From positions 22,660 to 86,659 of the forward strand of contig JAAEQR010000003.1 in the NCBI GenBank assembly GCA_024231215.1: a stretch of DNA of 64,000 nt. The letters are read 5' to 3'. Positions 52,401-58,096 of the stretch are shown piece by piece. Each line of letters starts with the position of its first letter. The stretch's first letter is position 1. This stretch comes from PVC group bacterium. Lineage in GTDB: Bacteria > Omnitrophota > Gorgyraeia > B26-G9. A program made the position numbers and the translations under genes. A model generated the notes under the pieces. That model did not search any database. It was not told where the DNA came from and was given only the letters and a program-made list of their open reading frames with translations.

Positions 52401-55019
52401 ATTATTATCCGGTTAATAAATATTCCGATAAGTGCAATCGGATTACTTATACAGTATCCGGCAAAATTGTTGATTAAATTCATGGTAAAAATAGTCATCA
52501 CTCATCGTCAGATACAAGAATCAGCACGGATTGAGCAGCTGATTATTGCCGCAAGGAAAAATATCGAAGAGGCTGTTAGTTTGTATTCTAAGGGTGATAA
52601 ACCAACCGCGGAAGTAAAAATAGATGCAGCTTTAGATACTTTTGGAGATGCAAAACAGACGCAGGCTAAAATTTTGCAGGCTTTTAAAGATAATGGTTTT
52701 CTTACGGAAGATGACACAGAGTTGAATAGCTTGTTTGATCAGTTGGCACAAAGCACAGATTATGCGCAAAAAGAATCTGTGAAGGCGGAGATTGTACAAA
52801 AGATAAGCATGAATCAGCCGGATCCTCTTCCGAGCGTAGACGTAATACTTGAAACAATAATTCCGGCGGCAGAGCAAGCATATATTGATAAGAATTGGGC
52901 TAGTTTGGAAGCTGCCCTGGATGTCTTTTTGAATTTTTATGAAAAGGTAAAAGAGCCTAGGGAGGAAGAGATTGTATTAAATGGTTTTGCGGGTGCTTTT
53001 CGTGAACATGATATATGGAGCGATACCCTGGATGTATTATTTGAAAAATTAAGAAGTCCGGGGCAGAATTATGAGCAGATTAGAAATGATATCAAAAGTT
53101 ACATTCAGAAAAAAATGAGTGGCACAACTCCGGAAGTGCCTGATTTAGATCAGGCACTTACTGCAATAGCAGAAGCGACGGGGTTATATGCGGATAAAAA
53201 ATATGAAGAAGCCGAAGCTGAATTACTTAAAGTATTGCAGTTTTATGCATTAAATACAGTAAGCGAACGAGAGCGTACAATTGTCATGGATAATATTAAG
53301 CCTTTGTTGCCTACAGAGGATAAGCAGTTAGAAGCGTTTTTTAGATCAATTGCCGATCAAAATACTCCGGATGAAGATAAACAAAGTTTGATAGCTGCGA
53401 TTATAGAAAAAATAACTATTTATCAGAAGTCCCAAGTTGATCCGACTCCGGAAATGCCGGATTTGAATAAAATACAGAGGGATGTGAATAAGGTCGTTAA
53501 TTTATATAAAGAAAAGCAAGATAATACTGCGGAAGAAATATTAGGATCGATACTGAATCTGGCAATAACTCACAAAGATAATGCAGAGGTTATAACTCCA
53601 ATATCCAATATGCTGGTGACTGCGGGATTATGGAATGATGCGGATAAGCAGTTGTTTTCGGAATTATTGCAGAAAAATGACTTGCAGGGGATAAAAGATA
53701 AGATTTCTGCAATCGTATTAAAACATAGAAATGAAATAAGATCAGCAACCGAATATATTAATACTGTAAAAGTTTTTTGTTACGAAAGAAAGTTTAATTG
53801 GGAAGTTGCGTCACAGTCGATTGATTCAGCCTTAACTCTTTATGAGGAAAATGCATGGGTGAGAGATTCAATAGCAGTAGCTTTAACCATGGAAAAAGCA
53901 TTGCTGGATAATGTTACCCGAAATGAATTAATTGGGAAGTTTAATAATGCGATAAAAAATAATGAAAATACAACCGGGATAAAGGGTGAGATAAAAGCGG
54001 CTATAAAAACTTATGCAACAGCGCAGTTAGAGAAAGTAGAGAAGGTAAAGCAAGTTGCGGCGAAAGATAAAGTTAGCAGTTTGACAATAATTATGCGTAA
54101 CAGCTATTACGCGAATGATCTGGATCTTCCGATACAGGCACGGGATGATTTGTTAGCAACATATGTTAAGGTTATGCCATTGCGGAGCTTAATAAAAGAA
54201 CAAATTATAGAAGCTGATTTAATGACAGAAGAGGATGTGAATAGATTATTCGGAGCTTTGGATAGGGTTTCTTCTGATGATGAAATAAAGGATGCACTAG
54301 ACGCTATCGAGAATAATATGTTAACCCATGTGTTGGAGCAACGGCTTGATAAGGCGCAGACCACTATTATACTTATAGCTGATCGTTATGAGGTGGCGGT
54401 AAAAGATGAAGACTATAAGAAAGCAGAGGATCTTTTGAATTATCCTTTGGCTGTGGCGTTAGATTGTAATGAGCATGCAGAGGCTATCTTGACGGAACTG
54501 GAAAAACAGAAATTAGTAACTACTAATGAAGTTAAAGGACACTTCCGGGACTATGTGAATTCCAGGGATGCCGGGTATCTCGATCTTTTAAAACGTAAAA
54601 TAACCGAAGCACAAAAAGCTCTTAAACAGATAGAAGAGCCGAAACAGCCGGATGATGGACAGCAGAATGATATTATTCAGTTGAAAATGAAAGTGGTAAA
54701 CTTTATTGCTGAGGCATGTGGTAATTATTATGTAACTGAAGATTTTGACGCGGCAGGAAAATCTCTTAATGAAATATTGAATGCATATATGGAACATCCT
54801 GAAATACGTGATTTTATCACTGAAATCATGGAGAAGAATGACTTGATGAACGATACTATTAAGGGGTTATTTAAAGACTTAGGAGTCTTGTCCGATAATA
54901 ATATTTCCGAACAACAGATTGATAGTATAAGAGGAAAGATACAGGATGCTGTAAAAGCAAATGTAAAAGCAGTAAAAAGAAATAAAAAGATGCTGGAATT
55001 AATTGGCATGGCGATTTAA
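49476..55019 (+). CDS. Tagged-family member 7: giant (about 1847 aa) alpha-helical repeat protein
   Basis: I prefer the ATG at 49476 (AAGGAG Shine-Dalgarno sequence 7 nt upstream) over the GTG at 49449. Leader VLIQAFLLMNVSGAFA, TLAPNIAIS box, C-terminus ELIGMAI. There are at least 12 degenerate repeats of about 90-110 aa. Confidence 0.85.
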   Translation: MLSTKNNQKIGFKLISFVLIQAFLLMNVSGAFAGLAVAQNSVENQTTLAPNIAISHNALQGMFMVEQAPVIKVPESLIDVDYFMKTVRRAYLTRKVNAVKKAEDLETAMLGIVEKYTSADTDKVRSAIITKVRKAGKELPIYKEVEKMLTKKSLHMEMIKHVLKKKQLGEKVFTANSAGELLKTFGVDEETQQQAINDAKQTIGLGVKLTRKELKNILTQIPSKEKIPSLAIEYLDNKYKIKEWWGVQLFKGIWMCKIGQMSWPVLGVKIVRFVKENDLLSKFWGKFVAWWEGSFKSFIINYIKGIKFQYSQGSGYNFETARNWLDTLLRLYIDKSDREDAEIDQAQTREYIFDQMRKKGIVPEEYKLLFASMVSKQPVPENIEGFAKTASEKRLTNEDIKKLTIMLDKVIDRAEIAISQYELSGNSRTDEKAWDMLDKRFEVYLSVVEKPLITVFDMCSKYRIISDMVFMMFKNSGLLLENDKYLFSRIGDKNIFEDVKIQIRERIEDNRKILSGKLDKNDYTITTAGNNLKIILQYILMIKQTAFADGKVDLYEAKNWFGKLFDFYKQSTPESRRDIIKRLKRAELILSDKDEALFSELLKSKPGVTEKIIIAMTKNVKTKRAGESKRQKLIKQILSDKYRYVSKINAQVSDETVLKSVDKKELIGVIDRFVRAQNLIMEADKVYLAAATPEEYAVAGEILEDVLSIYKLTKYRMERNIIFKMLIEARLVTREHKGLFDLLYAGSATAVEDIKDAVTAQVQQRKKDLEESFIEIREAVNKSVELYEKAAELSKEQIDEFLNEKMAKVISDFTQEYSFEQVLESIRRMETGEKIDFLVDLYEDDKARPDQKKRIFEILKEVGLLDGFWVNVHNFFSKLGLTKRFAAIKERLKETILGKVYSVLGEKKLKLGGQAIVYAKAAQALDPALKIYVKEPLARQFITERLEAANLIDNSIQMKAMFWFLAGAKPFEPTNIIIRLINIPISAIGLLIQYPAKLLIKFMVKIVITHRQIQESARIEQLIIAARKNIEEAVSLYSKGDKPTAEVKIDAALDTFGDAKQTQAKILQAFKDNGFLTEDDTELNSLFDQLAQSTDYAQKESVKAEIVQKISMNQPDPLPSVDVILETIIPAAEQAYIDKNWASLEAALDVFLNFYEKVKEPREEEIVLNGFAGAFREHDIWSDTLDVLFEKLRSPGQNYEQIRNDIKSYIQKKMSGTTPEVPDLDQALTAIAEATGLYADKKYEEAEAELLKVLQFYALNTVSERERTIVMDNIKPLLPTEDKQLEAFFRSIADQNTPDEDKQSLIAAIIEKITIYQKSQVDPTPEMPDLNKIQRDVNKVVNLYKEKQDNTAEEILGSILNLAITHKDNAEVITPISNMLVTAGLWNDADKQLFSELLQKNDLQGIKDKISAIVLKHRNEIRSATEYINTVKVFCYERKFNWEVASQSIDSALTLYEENAWVRDSIAVALTMEKALLDNVTRNELIGKFNNAIKNNENTTGIKGEIKAAIKTYATAQLEKVEKVKQVAAKDKVSSLTIIMRNSYYANDLDLPIQARDDLLATYVKVMPLRSLIKEQIIEADLMTEEDVNRLFGALDRVSSDDEIKDALDAIENNMLTHVLEQRLDKAQTTIILIADRYEVAVKDEDYKKAEDLLNYPLAVALDCNEHAEAILTELEKQKLVTTNEVKGHFRDYVNSRDAGYLDLLKRKITEAQKALKQIEEPKQPDDGQQNDIIQLKMKVVNFIAEACGNYYVTEDFDAAGKSLNEILNAYMEHPEIRDFITEIMEKNDLMNDTIKGLFKDLGVLSDNNISEQQIDSIRGKIQDAVKANVKAVKRNKKMLELIGMAI

Positions 55020-55048
55020 TTGGTGAATGGTTGATCGTGAATAGTTTT

Positions 55049-55070
55049 TGGGCCGGTTGAGACCGGCCCA
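55049..55070. other. GC-rich hairpin (tgggccggt / accggccca) without a downstream U-tract
   Basis: 9-bp stem with a tgag loop, flanked by T5 upstream and A3 downstream. It lies between the giant gene and the next family member. Confidence 0.4.
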
Positions 55071-55088
55071 AACTGATATATAATTAAT

Positions 55089-56639
55089 ATGAAAATAATT
55101 ACAAGTATAATCATACAGATATTTTTATTTACTACCTTGTGCTTTGGCGCGGGAGCGAATAGCTATCTTTCCCCTGAGATATCCATGGCTAGTGAAGGAG
55201 TAAAGGACAGGATATCTCAGGTATCCGAGCAAGATAATACTGCGTCTATTTTTCCTACCTATGATGTGATTAAAGAACTCAAGAAAGAAAATTATATTTC
55301 AGGTAAAATTGGCCAGCATGATTTTGCCGGAACAGTAAGACGACGGAAAGGTTTTTTATTTATCCATAATGTATATAAGCCTCAGAGCAAGAAAGATATC
55401 CGATGCTGGGGCGGTGTTTTATTTAAGGTTCCGTATGAAATAATACCTTCTGAAGACGAGGATAAAGGTGTGTTTTTGAAAATGCGTATAAAAGATGTAT
55501 CTAAAAACGGAAAGTTTTCTCTTACCTTGCAATGGCCGGAATTAAAGAATGATAGTTATGTGCGGCTTGTCTATGATACGGATAAAACAGGGGAGATCAC
55601 TATAAACTTATCTAAACTGGTTAAGGACAGAGGATTGCCGGCTGGGGATCAGTTTTATGTACAGGTATTGCCGGTTGGTCATAATGCTAAAGTAGAAATA
55701 GATGAATTTGTTTTAGAAAATATTCCGGTGCGGCAGGAAGAAAATGCTGTGTATAACCGGCATATATACCCTATATATAAAGAAGGGGAATATCCAATTA
55801 ACTTAACTTCGTATCAGGCGGAACAAATTCGCGTGTTTTTGTCTGCAATTTACTCGATTTCAGAAGAGAGCAAAAGGAAAGATGTTTCCAAAGTAGAAAT
55901 AGGTGGTGAGTTGTTTGATTTGCTTAATCAGATAATGGAAGAGCAGGAGAGTTTATGTCTTTTAATGGAATTGGGATATGAAGAGCCGCTGTTGAAAATA
56001 TTAACAGTATTAAAAAAGAAGTTTTTGCGTATGTCTAACATAGCAGTAAAGGTTGAAAAGCTAAAAATAGAAATGCAGAGTAATTCTCGAATGTTAAGAG
56101 TAAGAAGACTGGAAAAAGAGTGGTCTTATATTAATAATCAGTTCGAAGAAAAAAATGCGCAGTACACTGAGACTTTACGCCAGCATCGGGTATTTGGTTC
56201 ACCTCATCCGGGAAGCTATGATGAGATTATGTCCTTGTTTGAAATAAAGAATCATTTGTTTGGAGAATTGAATCGGACAAAAGATGAGTTATTTCGTAAG
56301 GTGGTTGAATACTATAATCATTGTCGTAACTTTTGTAAATTTAAAAGGACCTTAAAGCAGAAGATGGAAGAGATAAATACCATATTAAACAGCAAAGAGG
56401 AGGCTAATATATATTCGAATCCGGAATTATTAGCAAAAGAATTTAAAAAATATTCGTCTTTGATGGGCTCTCCTTCGAAGGCGAGCCGCCTGACTGCCGA
56501 AGATAAAAAATCTGTTATAAAGATGGTTATGTCTTATATTTCTTCGCAATCCGATAGACGCGAGGAAAATATCACTTCGGTGAAATCAATTAAAGAGATT
56601 TCTCGTCCTGCTTTATCTTTCGTGGAATCAGCAATATAG
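55089..56639 (+). CDS. Tagged-family member 8: 516-aa protein of unknown function
   Basis: Leader SIIIQIFLFTTLCFGAGA, YLSPEISMA box, C-terminus SFVESAI. There is no obvious Shine-Dalgarno sequence. Confidence 0.75.
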   Translation: MKIITSIIIQIFLFTTLCFGAGANSYLSPEISMASEGVKDRISQVSEQDNTASIFPTYDVIKELKKENYISGKIGQHDFAGTVRRRKGFLFIHNVYKPQSKKDIRCWGGVLFKVPYEIIPSEDEDKGVFLKMRIKDVSKNGKFSLTLQWPELKNDSYVRLVYDTDKTGEITINLSKLVKDRGLPAGDQFYVQVLPVGHNAKVEIDEFVLENIPVRQEENAVYNRHIYPIYKEGEYPINLTSYQAEQIRVFLSAIYSISEESKRKDVSKVEIGGELFDLLNQIMEEQESLCLLMELGYEEPLLKILTVLKKKFLRMSNIAVKVEKLKIEMQSNSRMLRVRRLEKEWSYINNQFEEKNAQYTETLRQHRVFGSPHPGSYDEIMSLFEIKNHLFGELNRTKDELFRKVVEYYNHCRNFCKFKRTLKQKMEEINTILNSKEEANIYSNPELLAKEFKKYSSLMGSPSKASRLTAEDKKSVIKMVMSYISSQSDRREENITSVKSIKEISRPALSFVESAI

Positions 56640-56667
56640 TTAATATTTATAGGAAAAAAATTAAATT

Positions 56668-57936
56668 ATGAGTAGTAGATTTGGAGTAATATTTAAAATC
56701 ATTGTAATAGTACTTGTGCAGGCATTTTTGACGTTAGATCTTGCTTGGGCTGCGCAGGGGAATCTGCGTTCGTTTCAAGCGGATGATACTATTTCTCCTT
56801 ATATCCAGGTCGAAAATATTTCTTTGCAGGCCGGATTTTCTGTTTTATTTACTAAGGTTGCTGTGAAAGATATTGCTCAGATTGAAACTATTGAGAGTAT
56901 AGAGCAAAACACTACTAACTCATCCATCCTATCTCAAATCAGAAATTGGATGGAAAGATTTTTTCTAAAAATCACATTTTCTTTAGGACAGATATTGTTA
57001 GGGTGGACTGGACTTGTTTGGGCGCAGGAGCATATAGAAGAATATAACGGCCCTTATTTTGATAACGTATGGTCGTATTGGTGGTATCGGACATGTAATT
57101 TTTTTACAAATCCAGTTGTTTTTAAGACTGTATTGGTTATCTCAGGTGTAGCAATGGTTTTTTTAGTCGCGAGTTTTGTTGTAGCTAACCTGATGACAAG
57201 TAAAAAAGATAGAAGCAATCTGGGAATGGTGATATTGATTGGTTTGATTGGTTATTTGGTTCTAAGCAGTGATATAGGCAATAAAGTACAAGACTTTTTC
57301 TTTCCCGATGTTATGCCTGATATGAAGACTTCGACACAAAAGAGTATTATGGAGCACAAATTAGGACTCCCTGGAGTAGGCATACAGACAAATGCGGTGC
57401 ATTCGGAAGTAATACAAGAATTCACCTCAAAAGGAAAAACAAGGAAAAATGTAATTATAAACGGAAAGATAGTAGGAGATAATATTCCTCAGAAGAGTTT
57501 TACACTTGATCAGAATGAGATTGTCTTGGCTGTATTGTTCATGCTTGCAGGGATTTTTTTAATTGATCATGCAATAAACAAAAATAAAAGAGGTCAGAAA
57601 ACATTAATAGATATATCTTTTGCTTTCTGGGGCCCGATAATAGAGGAGATAATTGAGATATTGAAAGCGTCATCTCAATCTGCAGGCCAGCTGGTAACGA
57701 TTAATGAATCAGACATAGCTGATTTACCATCAGAGACTGAGACTGTGTTGGATCAGTCAGGGGTGTTTTTCTCGGATAAGAATTCTGCCCAGGGAGAGCT
57801 TCAGCTTTATATGGAACAATTCGGGGCGCTTCTTTATCCTACAAACTGGGATGATTTTCGAAAAGCAGAACAGGTGCATCGTAACCGGCTGAATAATTGT
57901 AGTACATCATATGTTTTGCTGGAACAGGCTGTTTAG
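56668..57936 (+). CDS. Tagged-family member 9: 422-aa polytopic membrane protein
   Basis: Leader VIVLVQAFLTLDLAWA, TISPYIQVE box, about 4 internal hydrophobic helices, C-terminus VLLEQAV. Confidence 0.8.
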   Translation: MSSRFGVIFKIIVIVLVQAFLTLDLAWAAQGNLRSFQADDTISPYIQVENISLQAGFSVLFTKVAVKDIAQIETIESIEQNTTNSSILSQIRNWMERFFLKITFSLGQILLGWTGLVWAQEHIEEYNGPYFDNVWSYWWYRTCNFFTNPVVFKTVLVISGVAMVFLVASFVVANLMTSKKDRSNLGMVILIGLIGYLVLSSDIGNKVQDFFFPDVMPDMKTSTQKSIMEHKLGLPGVGIQTNAVHSEVIQEFTSKGKTRKNVIINGKIVGDNIPQKSFTLDQNEIVLAVLFMLAGIFLIDHAINKNKRGQKTLIDISFAFWGPIIEEIIEILKASSQSAGQLVTINESDIADLPSETETVLDQSGVFFSDKNSAQGELQLYMEQFGALLYPTNWDDFRKAEQVHRNRLNNCSTSYVLLEQAV

Positions 57937-58013
57937 CTCCATAACTTTACGCCTTCCAATAAATATCAATTGCAACCAATTGTAAATAAATAGCTTACAG
58001 AAATAGACCTGCC

Positions 58014-58042
58014 TTGACAAGCCTGCCTATATATGGTATACT
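58014..58042 (+). promoter_or_regulatory. Cluster promoter P6 (CCTTGACA-17 nt-TATACT)
   Basis: TTGACA at 58014-58019 and ATATGGTATACTTTA, with the hexamer at 58037-58042. Confidence 0.7.
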
Positions 58043-58096
58043 TTAAAACCATTTTTAATGTGTAATTTATTGGGATAATTTGAGTTATGAATTTTA

